The position numbers and the translations under genes were made by a program. From Frankiaceae bacterium (GTDB lineage: Bacteria; Actinomycetota; Actinomycetes; Mycobacteriales; SCTD01), in assembly GCA_016650445.1 (NCBI GenBank), contig JAENVS010000017.1:8076-72075 (forward strand): DNA of 64,000 nucleotides. The letters are read 5' to 3'. The number at the start of each line of letters is the position of its first letter. Within the stretch, counting starts at the first letter, position 1. Shown here piece by piece: positions 27,566-38,657 of the stretch. The notes beneath the pieces were generated by a model, which was given only the letters and a program-made list of their open reading frames with translations, was not told where the DNA came from and did not search any database.

Positions 27566-27753
27566 GCCGGCTCGTCGTCGACTGGGGGCGGTGCGACGGG
27601 CACGGCCTGTGCGGCGTGCTCCTTCCCGAGCTCGTCGACCTCGACGACTGGGGGTTCCCCGTCGTCGGGGTCGACGTCCCGGACGACCTCCATCCGGCCG
27701 CGAAGACCGCCGTGCGGTCCTGTCCCGCGTTGGCCCTCCGACTGCACAGTTGA
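27562..27753 (+). CDS. small ferredoxin (C-x5-C ... CP type)
   Basis: 63 aa. Contains VDWGRCDGHGLCGVLLPE...VRSCPALAL. There is an ATGA overlap with the previous gene. Confidence 0.7.
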   Translation: MSRLVVDWGRCDGHGLCGVLLPELVDLDDWGFPVVGVDVPDDLHPAAKTAVRSCPALALRLHS

Positions 27754-27769
27754 GCGGAATCGACTCAGG
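27749..27769. promoter_or_regulatory. degenerate HAIR-like inverted repeat upstream of clpB
   Basis: GTTGAGC-GGAATCG-ACTCAGG compared with CTTGAGT-N7-ACTCAAG matches 5 of 7 in each arm at the correct 7-nt spacing. It lies 48 nt upstream of the clpB TTG start and overlaps the ferredoxin stop codon. Confidence 0.45.
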
Positions 27770-27816
27770 TTTCACAGCGTTGAACAGGGTGAACCGCCAA
27801 CCCTGGAGGGACCACC

Positions 27817-30426
<2,610 letters not shown>

Positions 30427-30536
30427 ACGACCGGAATGTCCGAATCTGCTGGTCCGGCGGCAGAAGGAGACGGGTCCGGCCCGGCGAATGAGGCCCGGTT
30501 ACGGGGGCGATCCTCCCGTTCATCGGATGAGGCCCC

Positions 30537-33389
30537 ATGTCGCTGCCCAGCGCATCCCGTCGTACTCGCATGTCCCGCCGCAGGCTGGTCGCGTCGCTGA
30601 CAGCGACAGCACTCGCCACCATGCTCGCCGGGTTCGCCGCGGCGCCGCCGACGTCGGCCGCGCCGAGCGATCCACCGGTGACGTACTACTTCCACGGTGG
30701 GCCGACCGACAACGTCACCAGCGTCACCACCGCGCCGACTGCGACGTTCGACAAGGCGGCCCCGACGGGCACCCAGCCGGCGACGCAGACGATGAAGGGC
30801 CCCGGCAACCAGGACTCGGCCGGCAACTTCCTGGGCGCGTTCTGGCTGGGCGCCTTCTCCGGCCCGCTCAAGGACGACGTCGAGCTCAACTGGTACTTCA
30901 TGAGCCCCAACGGCGAAGGCGTGGCGCTCGGCGCGACGGCCGACGTCACCGTCTACGCCGACTATGACGTCGATGCGGGGACGGCTCGCAAGATCGGCCA
31001 GAAGTCCGTCGTCCTGACCCTCGGCGCCGGCCCCACGCTGAACGTCACCCGCCTGACGGTCGACACCGGCGCGACCCCCATCGCGAGCAACCTGATGATC
31101 CAGGTGACGTCCAGTGCCGACACCGGCCAGGCCCTGACCGCGGTCTACAACTCCACCGACGCGCCGTCCCGCTTCGTGATCCCCGCACCGCCCGCTGCCG
31201 CGGGTGGCCAGCCGCCGGCCGTCGTACACGCAGCCGATCTGCCCGTCGCCTTCTCGGCGGCGTCCGTCGTGTCACCGACGTTCTTCGGCGCGGAGCCGCA
31301 GACGACGATGGAGCGGCCGGTCGCGGCATCGCTGCCGGGCGCCATCGACCCGAACCGGGTGTTCATCGACTGGCCGGCCGACACGGCCCTGCAAAGCGGC
31401 CAGCTCTACCGGTCCATGGACGGCGGCGACACCTTCCGGCAGCTCGTCGACAAGGCCTGCGCCCCGCGCCAACGCCCCAACTGCGCCAGTGGCGGCGGCG
31501 GCGACACCGAGAACGAGGTCAACCCCGTCACCGGCACGCTCTTCTTCGGTGACCAGGAGGTCGTCGCCCAGGAGGCACTCGCGACGTCGTTGGATCACGG
31601 CGACACGTTCCCGATCCAGCAGCAGATCGCGGCGACCGCGCCGGCGACCGGAGTTGACCGGCAGTGGTTGGCGCCACTCGCGCCGGGCATTCACGACGTC
31701 GGCGGTCAGCAGATCCATGGCTTCTACACGTACCACGTACCGCTCGTGGGCCAGTACATCGTCGGGATCACGGCAGGCGGCCTGCCGATCCCGCAGCCCG
31801 CGCCCCAGATCGCCGGCGTCGAGCAGAGCGGTCAGGTGCGCGTCGACAACACCGACGGGCCTGGTCGCGGCTGGATCTACCAGCCGTACCGGCAGGGCGG
31901 GAACTACCTGGTGGCCACGGCCGCCGCGGCGGACTACGCCAGCGCGGCCGGCTGGCAGGTCAACACGGTTGCCAACTCCAACCCGACGATCTTCCCTTGG
32001 CTCTCGCTCGACAGCCACGGCAACGCCTACGCCGTATGGGTTGCCGGCTCCGCGATCAACTACAGCTTCTCGAAGATCGACGACCCGGCCAACAACCCGA
32101 CTCTCAGTGGCCGGCCTGGCACGAAGTGGAGCACGCCGGCCGTCGTAGACCCGCCGTCGATCGGATCGGTGGTGTTCCCCGAGATCATCGCCGGCGATAT
32201 CGGGCGGGTCGCGATCTCGTACGACGGCACGGTCGACCACACAGGCACCCCGGACACGGCGCCCGTCACGGCGAAGTGGGACACCTACGTCTCGGTCCTG
32301 ACGAATGCCATGGCCGAAGGCGATCAGCCGATCGAGGTCCGCACCGGCAAGGTCAGTCACCGGCCGGTGCACATCGGCACGATCTGCACGTCGGGCACGA
32401 CCTGCACGGGCGACCGGTCGCTGCTCGACATGATCGACCTCGGCGTCGATGCGGATGGCCGCGTGGGTGTCGTCTTCACCGACAACAACTCCACGTTCCA
32501 GACGACATCGGCAACGGCGGCTCGCGGCGGCCCCTTCGTGCACTTCGCGAAGCAGGTCGCCGGCCCGTCCCTGCTCGCGAGCAAGCCGACCGTGGCCGTC
32601 GCCGTACAGCAGGGTCAGCGAAGCGACCGTCCTGGCGACGCGACGTGGCCCAACGCGTCGAGCGGCACCAACCTCAGCTCGCTCGACGAGCTCGGGGCAT
32701 CGCTCGCTCTCGAAGGCGCTGAGCTGGTGGCGCGGGTCAAGCTCGCGGATGCGTCGTCGGACCGCATGACCACCGACCTCGCGACGTACGCCGCGAGCGG
32801 CTACTCCATCAACACCGATCGACTGCAGTACGTCGTACGGTTCTCCACCAGCCGCGACAACCTCACGGCGGGTACCACCGGTGACGTCTTCCACCTGTCG
32901 ATGGACCACAAGGCAGACGGCACCCGCGGGTTCTTCGGTGGGAAGCTCGATGCCAACGACGGCCTGCAGAGCCCGCTGTTCGAGGGCGTCGCGTGGTTCA
33001 ACGGGGGCACGGCTTACCACCGCGACGCGGCCATCTCGGTGACGGGCACCGTCGAGGGGAACACGTTGGTGATCCGCGCCCCGGCATCCGCGTTCGGGCT
33101 CGTCACCGGGCAGACGTTGTACAGCGTGCAGGCCTTCGCGATGGGTGGACCGCGTGAGTCCACCACCACGGCCGCCGCGGGCGATCTCGGCGACCGGAGC
33201 TACAGCAACCCGATGCGCCCAGTCGACGTGACGCCGGCGTTCGACGCGGTGCTCGGCACCCCGCCAGACCCGGATGCAACCGTGCCGGAGGTTCCCTTCG
33301 GCCCGCTGCTCCCGGTCGCCGCCGCGCTGCTGCTCGGTGCGGCCGTGGTCCGTCGGCACCGCTCCCGGCTCGTGCGGGACGTCGGCTAA
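30537..33389 (+). CDS. large cell-surface BNR/Asp-box repeat protein with a C-terminal TM anchor
   Basis: 950 aa. Signal is LVASLTATALATMLAGFAAAPPTSAA. Asp-boxes are SMDGGDTF and SLDHGDTF. The central region is similar to the two smaller paralogs. The C-terminus is LLPVAAALLLGAAVVRRHRSR. Confidence 0.7.
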   Translation: MSLPSASRRTRMSRRRLVASLTATALATMLAGFAAAPPTSAAPSDPPVTYYFHGGPTDNVTSVTTAPTATFDKAAPTGTQPATQTMKGPGNQDSAGNFLGAFWLGAFSGPLKDDVELNWYFMSPNGEGVALGATADVTVYADYDVDAGTARKIGQKSVVLTLGAGPTLNVTRLTVDTGATPIASNLMIQVTSSADTGQALTAVYNSTDAPSRFVIPAPPAAAGGQPPAVVHAADLPVAFSAASVVSPTFFGAEPQTTMERPVAASLPGAIDPNRVFIDWPADTALQSGQLYRSMDGGDTFRQLVDKACAPRQRPNCASGGGGDTENEVNPVTGTLFFGDQEVVAQEALATSLDHGDTFPIQQQIAATAPATGVDRQWLAPLAPGIHDVGGQQIHGFYTYHVPLVGQYIVGITAGGLPIPQPAPQIAGVEQSGQVRVDNTDGPGRGWIYQPYRQGGNYLVATAAAADYASAAGWQVNTVANSNPTIFPWLSLDSHGNAYAVWVAGSAINYSFSKIDDPANNPTLSGRPGTKWSTPAVVDPPSIGSVVFPEIIAGDIGRVAISYDGTVDHTGTPDTAPVTAKWDTYVSVLTNAMAEGDQPIEVRTGKVSHRPVHIGTICTSGTTCTGDRSLLDMIDLGVDADGRVGVVFTDNNSTFQTTSATAARGGPFVHFAKQVAGPSLLASKPTVAVAVQQGQRSDRPGDATWPNASSGTNLSSLDELGASLALEGAELVARVKLADASSDRMTTDLATYAASGYSINTDRLQYVVRFSTSRDNLTAGTTGDVFHLSMDHKADGTRGFFGGKLDANDGLQSPLFEGVAWFNGGTAYHRDAAISVTGTVEGNTLVIRAPASAFGLVTGQTLYSVQAFAMGGPRESTTTAAAGDLGDRSYSNPMRPVDVTPAFDAVLGTPPDPDATVPEVPFGPLLPVAAALLLGAAVVRRHRSRLVRDVG

Positions 33390-33443
33390 GCCGTCAGCGG
33401 ACAGGGTGGCGGTCAACCGCCCTGGCACGGCAGGCTGCGGCAG

Positions 33444-34442
33444 ATGAAGCTGCTTGTGCTGGGCGGTACCCGGTTCGTCGGCCGTGCGGTCGCCCAGGAC
33501 GCTGTCGCGCGCGGCTGGGACGTCACGCTGCTCAACCGCGGTGCGACGGCCGAGCCTCCCGAGGGCGTTCGCACGCTGACAGCCGACCGCACGTCGTACG
33601 CCGAGCTGTCCGACGTACTGGGCGACGAGAGCTGGGATGTCGTCGTCGACACCTGGTCCGGAGCGCCGTCGGTGGTGCGCGACGCGGCCGGCCTGCTGGC
33701 CGACCGCACCGAGCGCTACGGCTACGTGTCGAGCCGGTCGGTCTACACGTGGCCGCCGGATCCCGGGGGCGACGAGACCAAGCCGGTGGTTGACGGCAAC
33801 CCCGATGCGGAGCTGACGGACTACGCCGCCGACAAGCGCGGCGGCGAGCTCGCCGCCATGCGCGAGTACGGCGCCGAGCGGACGCTGCTCGCGCGGGCGG
33901 GTCTCATCCTCGGACCGTACGAGGACGTCGGGCGGCTGCCGTGGTGGCTCGGCCGCATCGCGCGGGGCGGCCGGGTTGTGGCACCGGGTGATCCGGGGCG
34001 GGGACTGCAGTACGTCGATGCGCGCGACCTCGCCGCGTGGCTGCTGGACAACCTCGTGCGCGGCGCCGCCGGCGCGATCGACGTCGTGAGCCCGCGCGCG
34101 TTTACCACCATCGGAGCGCTGCTCGGGGCGTGCGTCGCGGCAACCGGGGCTGATGCGGAGCTCGTCTGGGTGCCCGAGGAGGTCTTGGACTCTGAGGGCG
34201 CGGAGCCGTGGACCCAGCTGCCGTGCTGGGTGCCCAGCACGGGCGAACTGGCAGGACTCATGGAGTCGGACACGTCGCTGGCCGTCGCCAGCGGCCTGCG
34301 CTGCCGCCCGGTGGGGGAGACCGTGCGCGACACGTGGGAGTGGGTGACGAGGGCGGGCATGCCGGCACCACGCGAGGGACTGCCGCTCAATGGGCTGCCC
34401 GCCGACCTGGAGGCCAAGCTGCTGGCTAGGGTCGAATCATGA
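33444..34442 (+). CDS. NAD-dependent epimerase/dehydratase (extended SDR) family protein
   Basis: 332 aa with the Rossmann motif LVLGGTRFVGRAV. Confidence 0.75.
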   Translation: MKLLVLGGTRFVGRAVAQDAVARGWDVTLLNRGATAEPPEGVRTLTADRTSYAELSDVLGDESWDVVVDTWSGAPSVVRDAAGLLADRTERYGYVSSRSVYTWPPDPGGDETKPVVDGNPDAELTDYAADKRGGELAAMREYGAERTLLARAGLILGPYEDVGRLPWWLGRIARGGRVVAPGDPGRGLQYVDARDLAAWLLDNLVRGAAGAIDVVSPRAFTTIGALLGACVAATGADAELVWVPEEVLDSEGAEPWTQLPCWVPSTGELAGLMESDTSLAVASGLRCRPVGETVRDTWEWVTRAGMPAPREGLPLNGLPADLEAKLLARVES

Positions 34443-34981
34443 GCGACTCTTCCGATCTGCTGGCACTCGTCAAGGACCTCGCCGTTGTGCACGGGAAGGT
34501 CACGCTGTCGTCCGGACGCGAGGCCGACCACTACGTCGACCTGCGGCGGGTGACGCTGTCGGGGCGCGCGGCGCCGCTGGTCGGCCGGGCGATGCTGGAG
34601 CTCACCGCGGACCTCGACTTCGACGCAGTCGGTGGCCTGACGATGGGGGCCGACCCGGTCGCGACGTCGATGCTGCACGCGGCTGCCGCGCAGGGTCGGG
34701 TGCTCGACGCGTTCGTCGTGCGCAAGGAAGCCAAGGCGCACGGCATGCAGCGGCGGATCGAGGGGCCCGACATCGCCGGGCGCCGGGTGCTGGTCCTCGA
34801 GGACACCAGCACGACGGGCGGCTCACCGCTGGCCGCGCTGCAGGCGGTGCGCGAGGCCGGCGCGACTGCCGTCGCCGTCGCGGTCATCGTCGACCGCGCC
34901 ACCGGCGCCGGCGAGAAGATCGAGGCCGAGGGCGTGCCGTACCGCTACGTGTTCTCACTCGACGACCTGGACCTGACCTGA
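34439..34981 (+). CDS. pyrE: orotate phosphoribosyltransferase
   Basis: 180 aa. PRPP-binding motif is VLVLEDTSTTGGSPL. There is an ATGA overlap with the upstream gene. Confidence 0.9.
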   Translation: MSDSSDLLALVKDLAVVHGKVTLSSGREADHYVDLRRVTLSGRAAPLVGRAMLELTADLDFDAVGGLTMGADPVATSMLHAAAAQGRVLDAFVVRKEAKAHGMQRRIEGPDIAGRRVLVLEDTSTTGGSPLAALQAVREAGATAVAVAVIVDRATGAGEKIEAEGVPYRYVFSLDDLDLT

Positions 34982-35023
34982 TCAGTCGTTGACGCCGGGC
35001 CCTGGGAGCGACAGCGTTCCGGT

Positions 35024-35737
35024 GTGGACGCGCTCCCGCTCTTGCTCATCCCGGTGGGGATCGCGCTTGTCATCGTCGTCGCCGTACTCGGCTACCGGGC
35101 CGAGCAGAAGCGCCGGGCGATGCTCGCTGCGTTCGCGCTGTCCAACGGTTGGACCTATGTCGCCTACGACGAGAGCTGGTGTGACCGCTTCACCGGTTCG
35201 CCGTTCGGCGAGGGCGACAACCGCAAGGCCGGCAACGTCCTGCAGGGTCGGCACGGCGACTACGACATGGTCGCGTTCGAGTACAGCTACCAGACGCACT
35301 CCACCGACAGCAAGGGACGCCGGTCGACGACGACCCACCGCTATGCCGTCTGCGCCGTGTCGCTCCCCGCCCCCCTGCCCGGGCTCGAGCTGGCACCGGA
35401 GTCGATGTTCAGCCGGCTGGCCGGGCACCTCGGCTTCAGCGACGTCGAGCTCGAGAGCGAGGACTTCAACCGGCGCTACCGGGTGACCGCCGGCGACCCG
35501 AAGTTCGCGTACGACGTCCTGCACCCGCGGACCATGCAAGCGCTGCTGTCGCGGCCGCCGCTGCACATGCGGCTGCTGTACCTCGATGCCCTGTGCTGGG
35601 AGGACGGGCGCCTCAACCCGGTCGACCTGCTGGCGCGCCTCTCGACGCTGGAGCTGCTCGTCGCCGGCATCCCGTCCTACGTCTGGTCCGACCGCGCACC
35701 ATCCGCCGAACACCCGCCAGGGGGAGCACCCGCATGA
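35024..35737 (+). CDS. hypothetical N-terminally anchored membrane protein, translationally coupled to LemA
   Basis: 237 aa with a GTG start. TM is LLLIPVGIALVIVVAVLGY. The stop overlaps the LemA ATG (ATGA). Confidence 0.55.
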   Translation: MDALPLLLIPVGIALVIVVAVLGYRAEQKRRAMLAAFALSNGWTYVAYDESWCDRFTGSPFGEGDNRKAGNVLQGRHGDYDMVAFEYSYQTHSTDSKGRRSTTTHRYAVCAVSLPAPLPGLELAPESMFSRLAGHLGFSDVELESEDFNRRYRVTAGDPKFAYDVLHPRTMQALLSRPPLHMRLLYLDALCWEDGRLNPVDLLARLSTLELLVAGIPSYVWSDRAPSAEHPPGGAPA

Positions 35738-36297
35738 CCGCTCTGTACGTCGTCCTCGCCGTCGTCGCGCTGCTGCTGCTCGCCGTCGTCGTCAGCTACA
35801 ACCGGTTCGTCCGGCAGCGCAACCTCGTGCAGGAGTCGTGGCGGCAGGTCGACGTCGAGTTGCGCCGTCGCTACGACCTGATCCCGAACCTCGTCGAGAC
35901 GGTGAAGGGCTACGCGGCGCACGAGCGGACCGTCTTGGAGAGCGTCGTCCAGGCGCGGACGGCGGCGGTCGACGCCAGTGGCGGGGTGGCCGCTCAGGCC
36001 AGGGCCGAGTCGCAGCTCGCGGGCTCGCTGCGCGGGCTGCTCGCCGTGGCGGAGAACTACCCCGATCTGAAGGCGGCCGGGCCGTTCCAGCAGCTGCAGG
36101 CGCAGCTCGCCGAGACCGAGGACCGCATCGCCGCCGGCCGTCGCTTCTACAACGGCAACGTCCGCGCGCTCAACACCCGGGTCGAGGCGTTCCCGTCGTC
36201 CCTGATCGCCTCGACGTTCGGCTTCGGGAAGGCGGAGTACTTCGAGGTCGACGAGCCCGAGGCCCGCGAGCCTGTGAAGGTCGACTTCGCCCAGTAG
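35734..36297 (+). CDS. LemA family membrane protein
   Basis: 187 aa. An N-terminal TM is followed by YNRFVRQRNLVQESWRQVDVELRRRYDLIPNLVETVKGYAAHE, a typical LemA block. Confidence 0.85.
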   Translation: MTALYVVLAVVALLLLAVVVSYNRFVRQRNLVQESWRQVDVELRRRYDLIPNLVETVKGYAAHERTVLESVVQARTAAVDASGGVAAQARAESQLAGSLRGLLAVAENYPDLKAAGPFQQLQAQLAETEDRIAAGRRFYNGNVRALNTRVEAFPSSLIASTFGFGKAEYFEVDEPEAREPVKVDFAQ

Positions 36298-36386
36298 GTG
36301 TCCTCGGCGTGAGGGATGGGTGACGACGGCAGTCTCGTCGTCACGTTTCACCTTCAGTCGGCGCTCGTCGTGACGATGCTGTCCAG

Positions 36387-37433
36387 ATGGCAGGCGCGGC
36401 GGGGCGGGTTGTCGGCGCTCTGGCGTCCGCAACCTTGCTGGCCGGCGTGGTGTCGGCGGCGACCGTCGACTCCTCCGCCCCGGGCCGACCGGCGGCGGCC
36501 GTGTGCGCCGCCGCCTGCAGCGTCGTGGATGGCGTGGTCGTGCGCCCCGTCCCCGTACCCCTGAAGCCCGCGGCAACCCGGCGCCCGGCTCCTGCGGCAA
36601 CGGCTCGCGCCCCTCGGCCGAAGCCGCCGCAGCAGCGGCGGACCCCCGTTGCCCCCACGGCAAGACGCACCCCGGCACCGCTGCCCGCGCGGGCCGCGTC
36701 CAAGAGCGTGCAGCTGCGCCGGATGCCGGCCGCGCCGGACCCGGCGACGGCCGCAGCCATGAACGCCATGCGACTGACTCCGGCTGGATACCGCGCGTTC
36801 CTCGACCGGATCGACCAGTCGTCGTACGACTACGCGCAGCAGTTCATCGAGTTCGACCCGGCCCGGGTCCCGATCGAGCAGGGGCCGAGCGAGGTCTTCG
36901 TGTGGCACTTCACGACCTTCTACCGCAACGCCGACGGCCCCGCCGCGACGCCGACAGGTGACATGGCCGTCCGGCCGTTCGTCCAGGGCATGGCCCGGCG
37001 CGGGGATGAGGACAGCTCGCCCAACCACGTCTGCTGTGGCGTCAACTGGGTCATCGATCGACACGGCCCGGCGCACCAGCTCGCGCCCGTGAACGCGAAG
37101 CTGCGCCACAACCCGCCGTACGACTCGATCAACACCGGCGTGGAGGTCGAAGCGGCCCGCCAGGTCGACATCACGACCAGCCAGTACGAGGGCCTCGCCT
37201 ACCTGACCGTCGCTGTGCTCGACACCCAGAACCTGCTCGGTCGCAAGCCCTTGAGCGAGATCGCGAAGGGTCACGGCGAGATGCGCGACGCCTACCTCGA
37301 TGCCCGTCCCGACAGCGAGCTGGACAGCCGCGACGACTTCAACGCACCCGAGGCCCGGCTGCTCCGGCAGGTCATCGAGCGCTTCCTTCGGGCTAACCCC
37401 TCGGTTGCCCGGATGTCGCCCCGGCTGCGTTAG
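36387..37433 (+). CDS. secreted protein with a Pro/Ala-rich linker and an Amidase_2 (N-acetylmuramoyl-L-alanine amidase/PGRP)-like C-terminal domain
   Basis: 348 aa with a signal-like N-terminus. VFVWHFTT, NTGVEVEA and IAKGHGEM resemble the Zn-ligand and core blocks of Amidase_2. The assignment is tentative. Confidence 0.45.
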   Translation: MAGAAGRVVGALASATLLAGVVSAATVDSSAPGRPAAAVCAAACSVVDGVVVRPVPVPLKPAATRRPAPAATARAPRPKPPQQRRTPVAPTARRTPAPLPARAASKSVQLRRMPAAPDPATAAAMNAMRLTPAGYRAFLDRIDQSSYDYAQQFIEFDPARVPIEQGPSEVFVWHFTTFYRNADGPAATPTGDMAVRPFVQGMARRGDEDSSPNHVCCGVNWVIDRHGPAHQLAPVNAKLRHNPPYDSINTGVEVEAARQVDITTSQYEGLAYLTVAVLDTQNLLGRKPLSEIAKGHGEMRDAYLDARPDSELDSRDDFNAPEARLLRQVIERFLRANPSVARMSPRLR

Positions 37434-38089
37434 GCGTTCCTGCGGGCGATCTCCTTGCCGAGGCGGTCGAAGGCGGCGTAGTGGGAGACGACGCCGGTGC
37501 TGTCGTCGACAAGCGTCGACCAGACCGGGGCCGGGAAGCGGTTGCCGGTGGCGATGACCGCCTCGAACTCGCGGCCGTCGCGCATGTGCACGATCACGCG
37601 GCTGGCGTCCGGGGGCACGATGCCGGCGACGACGTGCTGGTCGTCGACAGTCAGCGACGGCGAGCCGGCCGCCTGCACCCAGCTGAAGCCGCGGTGCGCC
37701 GAGTCGACCGGGCCCACGCAGCTTTCCTTCTGCGTCACACGGCTGGTCACCGTGCACCAGCGCGAGCCCTCGAACCAGGTGAGGATCTCGGCCCCGTTGA
37801 TGCGCTGCAGCGTCACGACGTCGGTCGTCGCGGCGGGGAAGCGCGGGTCGGTCCGGATGCCCGCGGGCTGGTTGCGTCCTTCGCGGAGATCGTCGACGGC
37901 TGTCCTGACCGACGGCAGGACGAGGACGCCGACCACGACGAGCGCAGCTGTCGTTCCACCTGCGGCGACGCGGGTGCGGGCCCGGTGGCGTCGAGCCCGC
38001 CGGCGTACGTCGGCAGACAGGCCCGACGGCGGCTCGAGCGCGAGCGCGGGAGAGCGCAGCAGCACCCGCAGGTCGTCGTCGATGCTCAC
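37430..38089 (-). CDS. single-pass membrane protein, probable anti-sigma factor of the upstream ECF sigma
   Basis: GTG 38089 overlaps the sigma stop (GTGA). 219 aa with a basic N-terminus, then TM ALVVVGVLVLPSV, then an about 150-aa ectodomain. Confidence 0.55.
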   Translation of the reverse strand: MSIDDDLRVLLRSPALALEPPSGLSADVRRRARRHRARTRVAAGGTTAALVVVGVLVLPSVRTAVDDLREGRNQPAGIRTDPRFPAATTDVVTLQRINGAEILTWFEGSRWCTVTSRVTQKESCVGPVDSAHRGFSWVQAAGSPSLTVDDQHVVAGIVPPDASRVIVHMRDGREFEAVIATGNRFPAPVWSTLVDDSTGVVSHYAAFDRLGKEIARRNA

Positions 38090-38592
38090 GCCACTTCCTC
38101 CCGCTGCGCCGACAGGCCCGGGTGCGTCCGCAGCTTCGCCATGGCGCGCGACGCAGCGCTCTTGACCGTCCCGGCAGAGCACCCGAGCACGCCGGCGATC
38201 TCGGCCTCGGACAGGTCCTCGTAGTAGCGGAGCACGACGACGGCGCGCTGCCGCCGGGACAGCCCGGCGAGCGCCTGAAGGACGGCCTGCCGGACGTCGT
38301 ACGCCGAAGCCTGATCCGGGGTCGGCACGTCAGGGAGCTCGGCCGTCGATTCCTCCCGCCAGGGCTTGCGCCGCCACCAGTCGATGTGTGCGTTGGCCAG
38401 CGTCCGTCGCACGTAGCCCTCCGGGTCCTCGGACTCGATGCGGTCCCAGCGCAGGTACGCGCGGGTGAGGGCGGTCTGGAGCAGGTCCTCGGCGCGGTGC
38501 CGATCCCCCGTCAGCAGGTAGGCCGTCTGCAGCAGGTGCCGCGAACGAGCGGACACGAACGTGGTGAACGCCTGGTCCTGCTCGGCTCTCAC
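38086..38592 (-). CDS. ECF-type RNA polymerase sigma factor
   Basis: GTG 38592 is preceded by GAGGGAGG; the listed ORF opens at 38814. Region 2 is DLLQTALTRAYLRWDRI. Region 4 is LRYYEDLSEAEIAGVLGCSAGTVKSAASRAMAKLR. Confidence 0.85.
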   Translation of the reverse strand: MRAEQDQAFTTFVSARSRHLLQTAYLLTGDRHRAEDLLQTALTRAYLRWDRIESEDPEGYVRRTLANAHIDWWRRKPWREESTAELPDVPTPDQASAYDVRQAVLQALAGLSRRQRAVVVLRYYEDLSEAEIAGVLGCSAGTVKSAASRAMAKLRTHPGLSAQREEVA

Positions 38593-38657
38593 GCCACCTC
38601 CCTCGACTCCGAGGACGAGTGTGGACCGGGTTCGGTTGGCAGGGCGGGCAGCTCGGC

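Noticed and set aside
33395-33443. Possible hairpin (CAGGGTGGCGG...CCGCCCTG) after the 950-aa BNR gene as a terminator
   Set aside because: The stem is imperfect, there is no U-tract, and the next gene starts about 20 nt later. Support is insufficient to list it as a feature.
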